From: a virus
Lineage: Duplodnaviria > Heunggongvirae > Uroviricota > Caudoviricetes
IMG/VR virus record: IMGVR_UViG_3300033075_000957
Coordinates: 1-64,000 of that record
Length of the DNA stretch: 64,000 nt
Direction: 5' to 3' (one strand)
Shown here: positions 18,115 through 27,661 of the stretch, one piece after another
Layout: every line of letters starts with the position of its first letter
Position numbering within the stretch: position 1 is the stretch's first letter
The notes under the pieces: generated by a model
What the model was told of the DNA's origin: nothing
Database searches by the model: none
What the model saw: the letters and a program-made list of their open reading frames with translations, nothing else
Made by a program: the position numbers and the translations under genes

Positions 18115-18646
18115 AATTCTTGGGATCATTGCTGATAAAAATAAAGTGGTAGAGCGAGCAAGCATCTTCGATGTACTCGATAACATCAGGGGTGCTAAAA
18201 TCCTGAGTGTAGTCGCGGCAACCGTGCCAGAAGTTACTGGCGGTCAATCTTCTCGATTCTATAATCGTGTGATGAGACTTTCAAATCCAACCATTCAGAT
18301 TAATTATGATTACGAAAATGCCGTCAATAAGCAACTGGATAAGAATGGACAGGAACAGGATTTTGTAGGAGGATCAACGTGGTATACAGTTGATACTGAC
18401 GAAAAAGGAAGACTGACGCCGTGGGCAAGGCACAAGAAAACGAATGAACTATACCTTCGATACCGTCTAATTCAAAATAATAAGTCAATGTATATCGATC
18501 CAATTTCTGGTAAAGAAATTCCGTTCATTGATATTGAACCATATCTGCGTAGTAATAAATCAAAAACTGGTGTAGAGGTTCGGGTAATGAAATTGGAAAA
18601 TGTAAAAGCTATTGCTTTAGATAATAAGATATTTGTAACTGTTTAA
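18089..18646 (+). CDS. hypothetical protein
   Basis: ORF 185 aa with GGAGAAAAA RBS. Confidence 0.45.
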   Translation: MNSLAIADKILGIIADKNKVVERASIFDVLDNIRGAKILSVVAATVPEVTGGQSSRFYNRVMRLSNPTIQINYDYENAVNKQLDKNGQEQDFVGGSTWYTVDTDEKGRLTPWARHKKTNELYLRYRLIQNNKSMYIDPISGKEIPFIDIEPYLRSNKSKTGVEVRVMKLENVKAIALDNKIFVTV

Positions 18647-18656
18647 GGAGACACTG

Positions 18657-19184
18657 ATGTGTAAAGATTTTTCATATATTGCTGATAATTCAAGAAATAT
18701 TTATCGACACTCAAGAAGATTTCGAGGGCATTCTCACACTAGAATATTCGCTTCGTTATTTCCAGATAAATTTCCTCAGTTATGGGGTCTTGAATCTGAA
18801 TATGTTCGATATGAAGATACTTTATATCATGGAATAAAGCTTGATGAAGATATCGTACCTAAATGGTGTAAGACTTCGGCACGAAGAGAGATTGAAAAGT
18901 ATGGCAGAGCGGCACGTAACATTAATTGGAAATTTAAGAATTTCGATAAGACTTTTTTTAAATTTAAATTAATACCAGATGAGCGTCATAACACAATAAA
19001 GATTTGCCGTCCGACGATGAGCCGCCGATGGTTAGATCCTTACACTTTTAAAAATCGCGAAGCATTTCGCAAAGCGTGTGCAGAGCAAAAAATTCCTACC
19101 CGTTTAGCTGATCTTGTGTATTCTACTCCTGCCGATGTAATGTTTGGAAAATTAAATAAAGAACATCTTAAGAAATACTTATAA
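18657..19184 (+). CDS. hypothetical protein
   Basis: AAGGAGACA RBS. Confidence 0.45.
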   Translation: MCKDFSYIADNSRNIYRHSRRFRGHSHTRIFASLFPDKFPQLWGLESEYVRYEDTLYHGIKLDEDIVPKWCKTSARREIEKYGRAARNINWKFKNFDKTFFKFKLIPDERHNTIKICRPTMSRRWLDPYTFKNREAFRKACAEQKIPTRLADLVYSTPADVMFGKLNKEHLKKYL

Positions 19185-19217
19185 AGAAGGCTGTGAATAT
19201 CGGATACAATTATCCGA

Positions 19218-19562
19218 TTGGAAAGCGAATTAAACATGATATCAGAAATTAATTGTCAGATTGAATCACGGCTATTAACCTTTTATGAATTAGAAAAAGG
19301 ATTTTATAAATGTGTTACTGGCAATTTATCTATAAATGGTATTATTATTTATCATGACGGTTGCGGAACACAAAGAGCCGATAATTATAGAACGTTTGCC
19401 ATAAATCCAAACGGTACTGTTTGTAAAATGCATAATGGATGTTTTAGAATATTGATGAATCCTTTGAGAATTTGGCCATTTATCTGGTTTGAAGGTGATC
19501 TTAAAGATTCTTTATGGAAACAAATTAGCGGCAAAATAAGTGTAGAATTGGACATTCCATGA
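19218..19562 (+). CDS. hypothetical protein
   Basis: ORF 114 aa. Confidence 0.4.
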   Translation: MESELNMISEINCQIESRLLTFYELEKGFYKCVTGNLSINGIIIYHDGCGTQRADNYRTFAINPNGTVCKMHNGCFRILMNPLRIWPFIWFEGDLKDSLWKQISGKISVELDIP

Positions 19563-19810
19563 TTATCAACGTAACACAAGAGGATATCGAAAACGGTCAG
19601 CACGGATGCTCGCGTTGTCCAATTGCTTTGGCAGCAAGTCGGGCGTATGGGCGACAGGTATATGTCGGCACGTACAATATTTACGCTGATTATGATGGAC
19701 GAAATGTTTTGGCCAAATTACCTGTAAACGCTGTGCAATTTGTCAGTCAATTTGACACATCTATGTTTGATGTGTTGCGGCCATTTTCGTTTGAAATAAA
19801 GGACAACTAA
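19559..19810 (+). CDS. hypothetical protein
   Basis: Starts on the upstream stop (ATGA). Confidence 0.4.
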   Translation: MIINVTQEDIENGQHGCSRCPIALAASRAYGRQVYVGTYNIYADYDGRNVLAKLPVNAVQFVSQFDTSMFDVLRPFSFEIKDN

Positions 19811-20100
19811 TGCTAACCGCTAAACAAGCACACGAAATATCAACTATGTCATCACAAGAAGATCGAATCGAAATTATTTGGCAGGAACTTTCTAAAGATA
19901 TTGAAAAAGCCTGTCGTGAACGTCTTCTTTGTATAAGCCATCCATACAGAACTTATGCCTATCCAATAGGAGGATTTAAATGGAAATCTTCCGAAAAGAA
20001 AGAAGTTTTCCGTCGTCTAAAAGAATTGAATTACAAAGTAACCAGAACACCCCTGTTTCTTGGGTTATATGATTTTAGGATTAGTTGGTCAAACACTTGA
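19810..20100 (+). CDS. hypothetical protein
   Basis: ORF 96 aa. Confidence 0.4.
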   Translation: MLTAKQAHEISTMSSQEDRIEIIWQELSKDIEKACRERLLCISHPYRTYAYPIGGFKWKSSEKKEVFRRLKELNYKVTRTPLFLGLYDFRISWSNT

Positions 20101-21018
20101 TAATTTCGGTCTTGTTGTTTCTTCCCATTTAACAACTACGTTGTAACCAAGAGATTTGATGTTTTCAAGACGATCGAGAGTTTCTTGATATAAGTCACCA
20201 AATGTTTTATTGGTATGCAAATTAATGTCTTTAGGATTAAAATAGTCCGGATGACCGTGCCAATACATTCCCAAATACTCATAGACCGTATTTGTTTTTG
20301 GGTCGAAGCCATCTACTCTATATTTTGTGTTTGGAATCCAGTATTCTCTTCTAGGAATGTCTAATAAATTAAGCCATTGCGTTGCGGATTTTGAAGAAGT
20401 GTGGTTCGCACATCTTGGACAACCAGAGCCATTTTGAAGATGATTATGGGCTTTGGTTTCAAAAGGACCGTGTTCTTGGCAAACTATCCATATCTTTTTA
20501 TGAGCCCCTTGATAGTCAACTAATTCATACCCATATATATCGCCATGAATCGCTTTTGCTTCGTTGATATATTGTTGAGTAGTTTTTCTTGATTTCTTAC
20601 CACAAAATTCGTTAGTACATTTTCGACATTTATAACCAGATAAATGATTTCCGGGCGTTTGTTCAAACACGCCATGATGCTTACACACAATCTTAATCTT
20701 CTTGTGATTGTTGATATATTTTGATAATGAATAATCGTATTCATTTCCATGTACCAATATTGCTTTTTCTATAAAACTTTTGGTATCTATTTTCTGAATA
20801 GATTTGTTTAGACACGATTGTCTATAACAAAATTTACAACCATGCTTTGCCTTCAGATAACGATGAGCAACTGTTTTGTATTTACCATGTTTCGGACAAA
20901 CAACAAAAATTAAAGAATTTTTTGTAAATACCTGTCCTGCAAACTCATATTCATAAGCGTTTTGAAAACGTTGCTTGGCTGTGTTTTGAAATAAAATAAA
21001 CGTCTCAATAGTACCCAT
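20089..21018 (-). CDS. homing-endonuclease-like protein: triple Zn-ribbon repeat plus Vsr/PD-(D/E)xK-like nuclease domain
   Basis: Three CxxHGxF..H..GxGCxxC modules; C-terminal YEYLGMYWHG...GYNVVVKWE resembles the DUF559/Vsr endonuclease motif; its own motif ATGTGTATAAGG directly upstream on the minus strand. Confidence 0.55.
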   Translation of the reverse strand: MGTIETFILFQNTAKQRFQNAYEYEFAGQVFTKNSLIFVVCPKHGKYKTVAHRYLKAKHGCKFCYRQSCLNKSIQKIDTKSFIEKAILVHGNEYDYSLSKYINNHKKIKIVCKHHGVFEQTPGNHLSGYKCRKCTNEFCGKKSRKTTQQYINEAKAIHGDIYGYELVDYQGAHKKIWIVCQEHGPFETKAHNHLQNGSGCPRCANHTSSKSATQWLNLLDIPRREYWIPNTKYRVDGFDPKTNTVYEYLGMYWHGHPDYFNPKDINLHTNKTFGDLYQETLDRLENIKSLGYNVVVKWEETTRPKLSSV

Positions 21019-21024
21019 AACACC

Positions 21025-21034
21025 TTATACACAT
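21025..21034 (-). promoter_or_regulatory. TGTGTATAA promoter-like motif (minus strand) for 20089..21018
   Basis: Reverse complement reads ATGTGTATAAGG 7 nt before the start codon. Confidence 0.35.
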
Positions 21035-21046
21035 AATCGAGTAAAT

Positions 21047-21856
21047 ATGCCTACTTGTAAAACAAAAATTATGGACCCAATTACGGGTCATAAAGCATCT
21101 CTTTTGACATGGACTTCCGACATGGCTGCTTGGTCGTTCAGTTTGCCAGCAGGTACATATGGTGCTTGTCCTTTAGCTGTATATGAAAATCACAGTGACG
21201 GTAGTCCTTCAATATGTGGTTCGTGCTATGCCCAAATTAACAGATATAATGCCACCAACGTCCTTGACGCCCAATATGCCCGTTTCCGTTACGTCAAGAA
21301 ATGTTTGGAAACTTCGGCAGGGCGGCGTGAATTAGAAAACCTGCTGGTGTCCAACATACAGAGTCATGTTAAGAACAACGGGCACTTCCGTTTCTTTGAC
21401 AGCGGCGACTTCCATCATCCTGCAATGATACGCCTTCTGTACCGTGTTTGTCGGCGACTGCCGACAATCAAATTCTGGTTTCCTACCAGAGTGTGGCATT
21501 CGGCGTCGGCTAGTTGGCAGAATCCTTTGCGGCGATTGGCCGCATTACCTAATGTGTCCGTTAGACCGTCCGCTTTACATTTTGATAAATCGCCTCCGGT
21601 GATTGAAGGATTAGCGGCGGGTACAACTGCGATCTCTGAGAACTCGCCAGTATTTGGGAATCTTTGTCCTAAAACTGAGTTTGGTGGTAACTGCGAAACC
21701 AACAACTGTCGTACCTGTTGGTCAACCAAGACTGAAGTTAGCTACCGTGTTCACGGATGGATGGGCAGGCATAAGCCTGCCAATGCACTTTCTGACAAAA
21801 TCCAAGCCCGTCGTGCGACGTATGCTAACCTGACAGTGAATGGAGCGAGCCTATGA
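21047..21856 (+). CDS. hypothetical protein
   Basis: ORF 269 aa, GC higher than neighbours. Confidence 0.45.
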   Translation: MPTCKTKIMDPITGHKASLLTWTSDMAAWSFSLPAGTYGACPLAVYENHSDGSPSICGSCYAQINRYNATNVLDAQYARFRYVKKCLETSAGRRELENLLVSNIQSHVKNNGHFRFFDSGDFHHPAMIRLLYRVCRRLPTIKFWFPTRVWHSASASWQNPLRRLAALPNVSVRPSALHFDKSPPVIEGLAAGTTAISENSPVFGNLCPKTEFGGNCETNNCRTCWSTKTEVSYRVHGWMGRHKPANALSDKIQARRATYANLTVNGASL

Positions 21857-22059
21857 TCAGAAATGAGTGGGTGTTATCTCTAAAATCGATCGAATCAAGT
21901 TCCGATCTTTTTCAAGAGGTATTTGATTTTCTTGATAGTCGTCATTATGCATATTTCGAACCTACGCACGCATTTGACGAGAATAACGAGATCATATATC
22001 CACAACTATACGGTATGATGTTGGTTGAAAGGTTAGAAAGTTTGTTACTATTATGTTGA
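21853..22059 (+). CDS. hypothetical small protein (paralog of 22847..23056)
   Basis: MIRNEWVLSLKS..DLFQEVFDFLDSR..IIYPQLY..LESLLLLC against MIIRQEWVLSANS..DLYQEIFDFLNDR..VIYPQLL..LESILLLC. Confidence 0.45.
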   Translation: MIRNEWVLSLKSIESSSDLFQEVFDFLDSRHYAYFEPTHAFDENNEIIYPQLYGMMLVERLESLLLLC

Positions 22060-22238
22060 AAAAGATTAAAATCGAAATAGTTATGATCTATGATGATCAA
22101 CTGACACATGATCCCGAAGGGTGGGATTGGTTTGATTTATTAGATTTACATAAGGAAGTGGCGTATATTAGCTTTAATAAGCTAGAAACCATAGAACAAG
22201 ATCAGATCGAATTTGAGAATGCGAATGCAGATTTATGA
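22053..22238 (+). CDS. hypothetical protein
   Basis: ORF 61 aa. Confidence 0.35.
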   Translation: MLKKIKIEIVMIYDDQLTHDPEGWDWFDLLDLHKEVAYISFNKLETIEQDQIEFENANADL

Positions 22239-22447
22239 TTGACATCGAACAAACCACCAAAATCTATTGGAGGGATAGAGAAGATGGCGTACCGGAAGAT
22301 GTTTTATTCGATCTTCACGCTCTGGCCCGAACCAACTGTGAAACAGAATGGTACGAGTGGTTCATTGAAGATGATGCACGTATGTATCCATCCCTCAATG
22401 AGTTTTTATGCGACCACGGTATTTACCATTGTCTGATTAAACTATGA
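22235..22447 (+). CDS. hypothetical protein
   Basis: ORF 70 aa. Confidence 0.4.
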   Translation: MIDIEQTTKIYWRDREDGVPEDVLFDLHALARTNCETEWYEWFIEDDARMYPSLNEFLCDHGIYHCLIKL

Positions 22448-22553
22448 AAGGTAAATTATGGTTAAGTTAAATACGAATGTAGGTATCCAATCGTAAATTA
22501 CTTTTTAAATAAACGAAATATTTGTCACTGTTTAATAAAATTATTAAGGAGTA

Positions 22554-22850
22554 TTGTTTTTGAATAACAAATTCCCGGCTGGGATTGTAACGCTAAATAC
22601 ACGGACAATGATGCCTGATGGTGCAGCCTATATGTATCTTTGGGCCTCTGAATGGATTGTAATTACTAATCAAATGTCTGGTATAGAAGGATTGAGAACA
22701 ACCGACAAATATCATCTTTGTGTTTATAATAATCATGGACAACCTCTTATTATAATTCCGGGTTGCCAAGTTAAGGGCTATTGTGCATCAAATAAAAATC
22801 CCGTTTTAAAGGGTGGATCGCAAATTTATTCGATTGGAACGGAAACATGA
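22554..22850 (+). CDS. hypothetical protein
   Basis: TTG start after a strong TAAGGAG RBS. Confidence 0.4.
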   Translation: MFLNNKFPAGIVTLNTRTMMPDGAAYMYLWASEWIVITNQMSGIEGLRTTDKYHLCVYNNHGQPLIIIPGCQVKGYCASNKNPVLKGGSQIYSIGTET

Positions 22851-23056
22851 TCATTCGACAGGAATGGGTTTTGTCTGCCAATTCACTCGGACCAGCAAGC
22901 GATCTATACCAAGAAATATTTGACTTCTTAAACGATAGACCGTGGGGATGGTTCGAATTACACCATGCAAGCGATGATGAAGACGAAGTTATATATCCAC
23001 AACTGCTATATCAATTAAAATCTAATAATTTGGAGAGTATTTTATTATTATGCTAA
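22847..23056 (+). CDS. hypothetical small protein (paralog of 21853..22059)
   Basis: See 21853..22059. Confidence 0.45.
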   Translation: MIIRQEWVLSANSLGPASDLYQEIFDFLNDRPWGWFELHHASDDEDEVIYPQLLYQLKSNNLESILLLC

Positions 23057-23119
23057 AAACAACGTATTAGAAGTTTTAGAATCCGACAGGATAAAGTTTG
23101 AAAATAACAAGGAGAATCT

Positions 23120-23416
23120 GTGAGTATGAAAAAAGTTACTGTGGCTCAGGAAATTGAAGTTTCTGAAAACGAATTCGGTGTACGTACATATGTTGGTAAT
23201 TATGTATTAGTTTTTACAACCACATATATTTATTATGGTTTTTTAAAGGCATGCAATTGTGATTTTATTCAGATCGATAACCCGTATATCGTGTATGAAA
23301 CAAACACTTTTTCGGAAATTAATTTTAAAGATGCCCAGAAGGTTTCGTCTAATAGTTTGTTATTGAATATTGGACACATCGAAACAATTTTTGTTACGTC
23401 TCAAAAAGTAAAATAA
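23120..23416 (+). CDS. hypothetical protein
   Basis: AAGGAGAAT RBS. Confidence 0.4.
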   Translation: MSMKKVTVAQEIEVSENEFGVRTYVGNYVLVFTTTYIYYGFLKACNCDFIQIDNPYIVYETNTFSEINFKDAQKVSSNSLLLNIGHIETIFVTSQKVK

Positions 23417-23417
23417 A

Positions 23418-23672
23418 ATGAAATGTAATTTATCACAACTAAAATCAGTTAGGTCTTGGTCTAGGTCTGGGTCTTGGTCTAGGTCTTGGTCTGGGTCTTG
23501 GTCTGGGTCTTGGTCTTGGTCTGGGTCTTGGTCTGGGTCTTGGTCTTGGTCTGGGTCTAGGTCTTGGTCTAGGTCTAGGTCTGGGTCTGGGTCTTGGTCT
23601 AGGTCTGGGTCTGGGTCTTGGTCTGGGTCTTGGTCTAGGTCTGGGTCTGGGTCTGGGTCTTGGTCTATTTGA
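23418..23672 (+). CDS. low-complexity (WSGS/WSRS)n repeat protein, doubtful
   Basis: The ORF is open only because the hexamer tract lacks stops; no clear RBS. Confidence 0.2.
   Translation: MKCNLSQLKSVRSWSRSGSWSRSWSGSWSGSWSWSGSWSGSWSWSGSRSWSRSRSGSGSWSRSGSGSWSGSWSRSGSGSGSWSI
23452..23667. repeat. (GGTCTN)x36 tandem hexanucleotide repeat
   Basis: Units GGTCTT/GGTCTA/GGTCTG repeated head-to-tail for 216 nt; stop-free in the plus (WS[GR]S)n frame and in two minus frames ((PR)n). Confidence 0.9.
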
Positions 23673-23680
23673 GATGAGTA

Positions 23681-24007
23681 TTGGGTACAATATCGGGTAA
23701 GAAAAAGAAATATAGCAAAAACACCGGTGCGGCTAGAGATAAAAGGATTGTGCGATTTAGAAAATCAAAGAGATGCCAAGGATGTCTCATTATGAATTAT
23801 CCAACATGGAAAATGCGAGGTAATCCAACTCCAAACGAAACACTTTATTGCTGTGATTCTTGTAAAAAATCCAGATGGTGTCCGTATTCGGAATCTATAC
23901 GATACTGTTATAATTGTCGTGGTAAAAAGGGTGGATACCAACGCCTGCGAAAAGCGACAGCGAAAGAAATCGCTGAAGCAAAAAAAGTTTTAAAGGATAT
24001 TATATGA
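23681..24007 (+). CDS. Cys-rich zinc-ribbon protein
   Basis: CQGC .. CCDSC .. CYNC. Confidence 0.45.
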   Translation: MGTISGKKKKYSKNTGAARDKRIVRFRKSKRCQGCLIMNYPTWKMRGNPTPNETLYCCDSCKKSRWCPYSESIRYCYNCRGKKGGYQRLRKATAKEIAEAKKVLKDII

Positions 24008-24384
24008 CAAATTTAAAACGAGGAGATAAATTCTACCAAGTTGAATGGTTAGATACGATTTTTAAAGAGCCGCCATTTGATGATGGAAAATTACGATGTA
24101 TTAGTTTTTATCGCGAAACTGATAATCCTAATTGCGGAGAATTTATCGATGATCTTGGACGAAACTTTCTATATGCGTATGATGATCTTGGAAAATGGTA
24201 TTATCCATCACAGGCTGAAGCCTATCGAATTTTTATAATAGAATTATCGAAAGGAATTGAACGAAATCAAAAAGAGATCGAAAGAATTTCAAAGTTAAAC
24301 GAAGAATTTGTTAGACAAATAAAAGTGGCGGAAAAGAAATCAATAAAGGAAACGTATGCAAACAGAAACACAGCATCTGTATGA
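24004..24384 (+). CDS. hypothetical protein
   Basis: ORF 126 aa. Confidence 0.45.
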   Translation: MTNLKRGDKFYQVEWLDTIFKEPPFDDGKLRCISFYRETDNPNCGEFIDDLGRNFLYAYDDLGKWYYPSQAEAYRIFIIELSKGIERNQKEIERISKLNEEFVRQIKVAEKKSIKETYANRNTASV

Positions 24385-25579
24385 AGCCAGCCAGCAATGG
24401 AGTTCTCGCTCTCCTGATCAGCGGTTTTGGGATGTTAATGAGTTCGAATCGGTAATGAAAGAACGCGAGTCGCGACGGGCTGAAATCGACGCCCCTGTAG
24501 ACAGTCTTCGATTCATCGCTGATGGCGAACAGAATATTGTTCTAAGTATTAACGCCCCAAGCGGTCCTATTCATGCAGACATGAATAATCTGGCATTTCG
24601 TCAAATTGTATCCCGTCTTGGATACGTTACTTCTGGACTTGATCCAGAACTGATTACGAATCGTCATATTGTAGATATTCTCAACTATCGCGTGAATCAA
24701 AGCGATCCGGAAAGCATCGTCAAGATGCTGCTCGAACAGAATGGTGACACAATTACTGTCCTATCGGCAACAAGCGACTCTTATGCACGCTTAAATAACA
24801 CCGCATGCGTAACGTTTCTTCGTAAGATGGAAGGATATGGATTTAGGCTTCCTCCAGCCCGTCCTGTCGGTTTTGAAAACGAACGAACGCGGGTTGCGAC
24901 TGAGAAAGATGTTTTGCGGAACAATCGTATTGGTGGAGGTGCTAGTATCGCCGTAGGCGATTTAATCGGCCCTGCCGGGCTTTACGCTGGCGATGAAGAC
25001 ATGTTCGCTTTCATGGTGGCTGACAGCGACGAAAATCTTGTAGACGACGGTACCGGCAACTGTTTAATGCAAGGCTACATGATGCGTAATTCCGATGTTG
25101 GCGTCGGGGCTTACAACTTTACAAGTTTTATCATGCAGGGAGTTTGCGGTAACCATATCATTTGGGATGCCAAAAATATCGTAGATATTAAATACCGTCA
25201 TATCGGCGAAGCCGTAACGCGTATTCACGAAGCGATGGGTGCCTTTACACCACAAGGTGCTCGCGAACAGCTTGACAATATGCGACGTATTATGGCATGG
25301 ATGACCGAGCACAAACTTGGATCAAACGTGACAGAGGTGGTAGAGAATGTTCGGACTATGTTGTCTGGAAAAAATCCTGTTCTCACTGAGAAACTGCTAA
25401 TTGCTGCGTATACCAATGCTGCACAATATCGTGACCGCGATGGCGATCCGCACACCTATGCGGGTTTCATGAACGCGATTACTCGCTATTCGCAGACTCT
25501 ACCTTTCCAAAATGTCCGCAAGGAGGTAGATAAGGCCGCTAGCAAACTTATCACAGTAGCCCAAAAACAAATGGGTTGA
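24356..25579 (+). CDS. hypothetical protein (407 aa)
   Basis: Long ORF, GC higher than surroundings; no motif recognised. Confidence 0.5.
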   Translation: MQTETQHLYEASQQWSSRSPDQRFWDVNEFESVMKERESRRAEIDAPVDSLRFIADGEQNIVLSINAPSGPIHADMNNLAFRQIVSRLGYVTSGLDPELITNRHIVDILNYRVNQSDPESIVKMLLEQNGDTITVLSATSDSYARLNNTACVTFLRKMEGYGFRLPPARPVGFENERTRVATEKDVLRNNRIGGGASIAVGDLIGPAGLYAGDEDMFAFMVADSDENLVDDGTGNCLMQGYMMRNSDVGVGAYNFTSFIMQGVCGNHIIWDAKNIVDIKYRHIGEAVTRIHEAMGAFTPQGAREQLDNMRRIMAWMTEHKLGSNVTEVVENVRTMLSGKNPVLTEKLLIAAYTNAAQYRDRDGDPHTYAGFMNAITRYSQTLPFQNVRKEVDKAASKLITVAQKQMG

Positions 25580-25589
25580 ATAGGAAAAT

Positions 25590-25823
25590 ATGCAAAGAGA
25601 AGTATTTAATTCCGATAGTCTACAATCAAACGAGGTCGCAGTCACAACAATATCCAAAAACGATATTTTTGCTTATGGCACCAAACTAATCCATGAAGGA
25701 AGTCTTGGTGATAATCCAAAAAATAAACGAATCGTTAAAGATGGCGTGACATATATCGTAAAGGATTTACGTTATACAGATTCAAGAGGACGCGTGTTCG
25801 ATCTGATGCGGGCGTTCAAGTAA
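25590..25823 (+). CDS. hypothetical protein
   Basis: ORF 77 aa. Confidence 0.45.
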   Translation: MQREVFNSDSLQSNEVAVTTISKNDIFAYGTKLIHEGSLGDNPKNKRIVKDGVTYIVKDLRYTDSRGRVFDLMRAFK

Positions 25824-25828
25824 TAGCA

Positions 25829-25870
25829 CGCAAGATTTGCCTCCCGGTTTGCGGGAATCTTGCGTTTTTT
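25829..25870 (+). terminator. rho-independent terminator
   Basis: CGCAAGATT..AATCTTGCG stem with an inner GC hairpin, followed by TTTTTT. Confidence 0.6.
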
Positions 25871-25969
25871 AGACATTCTGGCAAGTTTTTTTAGAAATTC
25901 GTCTTCTCGATGTCTATGATTGTCTATGAGTAGTACGAAAAAACAACGGTACAGAAAAGAGAGGGTATA

Positions 25970-26509
25970 GTGGAGTATCTTTTACAGAGTAATCCAAGTA
26001 GTCCCGAGGAAACAAGAGAGATAATCGGCAAGGCTAGAGGCGAAATCGAATCCTTCGTCAAGTCTTCTCTTAAAAAGCGTGGATGCGTACTATCAGAAGA
26101 GGATATGGAAGACCTTGTTTCTGCGTGCTGGATTCAGGTATATTCAAAAATTCCTGATTGGTATCGTCCTAATTTATCAAAACTTGAAACCGGTATCTAT
26201 ACTACAGTTCATCGTGTAATCAATAGATATCTGAATAAAATTACTACAAGAAAAAATCTTGTTAACGATTACATGCAAGCAATAAATATCGCAGACTCGT
26301 ACGAGGACGACAATTATTCGTCTTCTTTTCTTGAAGAAGAATTAGAGAAAAATTGCGTCATAGATGGAAGTCTGGTGCAACAGATACTGTATCATCGCGT
26401 TAAGGAAGACAAAACTTGGCAGGATATTAGTGCGATTACCGGAGTATCAGTTCAGTCCGCTATCAATATCGCTGAAACTTGGTGTGAGAACGTACTAGAA
26501 AAAGTTTAA
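25970..26509 (+). CDS. sigma-factor-like protein (region 2/4-like)
   Basis: C-terminal HTH (QDISAITGVSVQSAINIAETW) and N-terminal helical region; weak. Confidence 0.4.
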   Translation: MEYLLQSNPSSPEETREIIGKARGEIESFVKSSLKKRGCVLSEEDMEDLVSACWIQVYSKIPDWYRPNLSKLETGIYTTVHRVINRYLNKITTRKNLVNDYMQAINIADSYEDDNYSSSFLEEELEKNCVIDGSLVQQILYHRVKEDKTWQDISAITGVSVQSAINIAETWCENVLEKV

Positions 26510-26514
26510 AACTT

Positions 26515-26940
26515 ATGAACATCTCGGTACCGTGCGATATCCCCGCCTTAAACGGGGATATTTTACATATCTGTATGCAGATGCTTCGTATAGAAAGCGA
26601 TCTACAAAAAGATAAATGTCATTATACTATCATCACTAATAAAAATCGTATAGTGTCGATAGGTACGAATAAATTGTTTAAAACATCTCCGTTGGCAAAA
26701 CGATATGGATATCGATATGGGGCCTATCATAGTGAGCTAACTGCTTGGCAAAACGCACCACGCGATCTTGATTTTTCCAAATGTCGCTTGTGGAACGTTA
26801 GGCTCAGTAGGCTCAGTAGGAAAATAGGTAGGCCGATCATACGCATGGCTAGGCCGTGCCCGATATGTGCGGCGTGGCTCAAACCTTTAAACTTTAGAGA
26901 AATTATCTATACAACTGATGTGGGGTGGAGTAAATTATGA
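26515..26940 (+). CDS. CDA-fold zinc deaminase-like protein
   Basis: AYHSELTAW (HxE) and ARPCPICAAWL (PCxxC) zinc-binding signature. Confidence 0.45.
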   Translation: MNISVPCDIPALNGDILHICMQMLRIESDLQKDKCHYTIITNKNRIVSIGTNKLFKTSPLAKRYGYRYGAYHSELTAWQNAPRDLDFSKCRLWNVRLSRLSRKIGRPIIRMARPCPICAAWLKPLNFREIIYTTDVGWSKL

Positions 26941-27236
26941 TTAGCGAAGAATCTCAGAAAATTCACGATAGATTAAAATTATGTGGTGTAAAAACTTACA
27001 ATCTACTATTTAAGATGTATCCATCCGAATTACTACTGGAGGCTCTTGCCGCTAGATTTTTAGACGATCGATCTTTTGGAGGATGGGAATCAAAGCATAC
27101 TGTTGGGCAAAACGGTACTGATATTTACAGTATTTCTGGTTCTATTGGATGGACATATTTTGAAGTAAATGCGTCTAGTAGATTAGAGGCATTAACTTTG
27201 GCATGCGAAAAATTTGTAGACGATGAAAGAAATTAA
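26937..27236 (+). CDS. hypothetical protein
   Basis: ORF 99 aa. Confidence 0.4.
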   Translation: MISEESQKIHDRLKLCGVKTYNLLFKMYPSELLLEALAARFLDDRSFGGWESKHTVGQNGTDIYSISGSIGWTYFEVNASSRLEALTLACEKFVDDERN

Positions 27237-27238
27237 TT

Positions 27239-27661
27239 ATGTCAACCAGAGCATTGTATATTTTCTCAAACAACTTTGACGATTTTTCTTGTGAACAATA
27301 TGCTGTTTATAAACATCATGATGGATATCCGAGCGTGGCAAGAGAACATATTCGTAAAGCACAATCTCTTACATGGACGTTTCCTCGATTTGAAGCCGAT
27401 GAATTTGCAGCCGCATTTGTAGCTGCAAATAAAGATACCGAAGGAGGTATACGTTTACAACCTAATGGCAAAGTAACTGGTAAAATTATTAGCGAGTATT
27501 TCGATGTAGCATTTGTTTACTGGATTGATTTTCCTCCAAGAACCGCTCGGTCAAAACGATTTCGTAAATATCCACGAGTGCGATATCAGCAATTACCATA
27601 TAGAAAGATGTCAAATCTTCAAATTCATTGGAAAAATTATGCGAAAGATCAAATCGATTGA
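27239..27661 (+). CDS. hypothetical protein
   Basis: ORF 140 aa. Confidence 0.4.
   Translation: MSTRALYIFSNNFDDFSCEQYAVYKHHDGYPSVAREHIRKAQSLTWTFPRFEADEFAAAFVAANKDTEGGIRLQPNGKVTGKIISEYFDVAFVYWIDFPPRTARSKRFRKYPRVRYQQLPYRKMSNLQIHWKNYAKDQID

Noticed and set aside
23452-23667. Possible CRISPR array
   Set aside because: Perfect 6-nt tandem units with no spacers, so this is a microsatellite and not repeat-spacer architecture.
23445-23690. (PR)n minus-strand ORF through the hexanucleotide repeat
   Set aside because: The frame is open only because the GGTCTN tract has no stops in that frame. No start context. Kept as a repeat rather than a gene, though a Pro-Arg peptide cannot be excluded.
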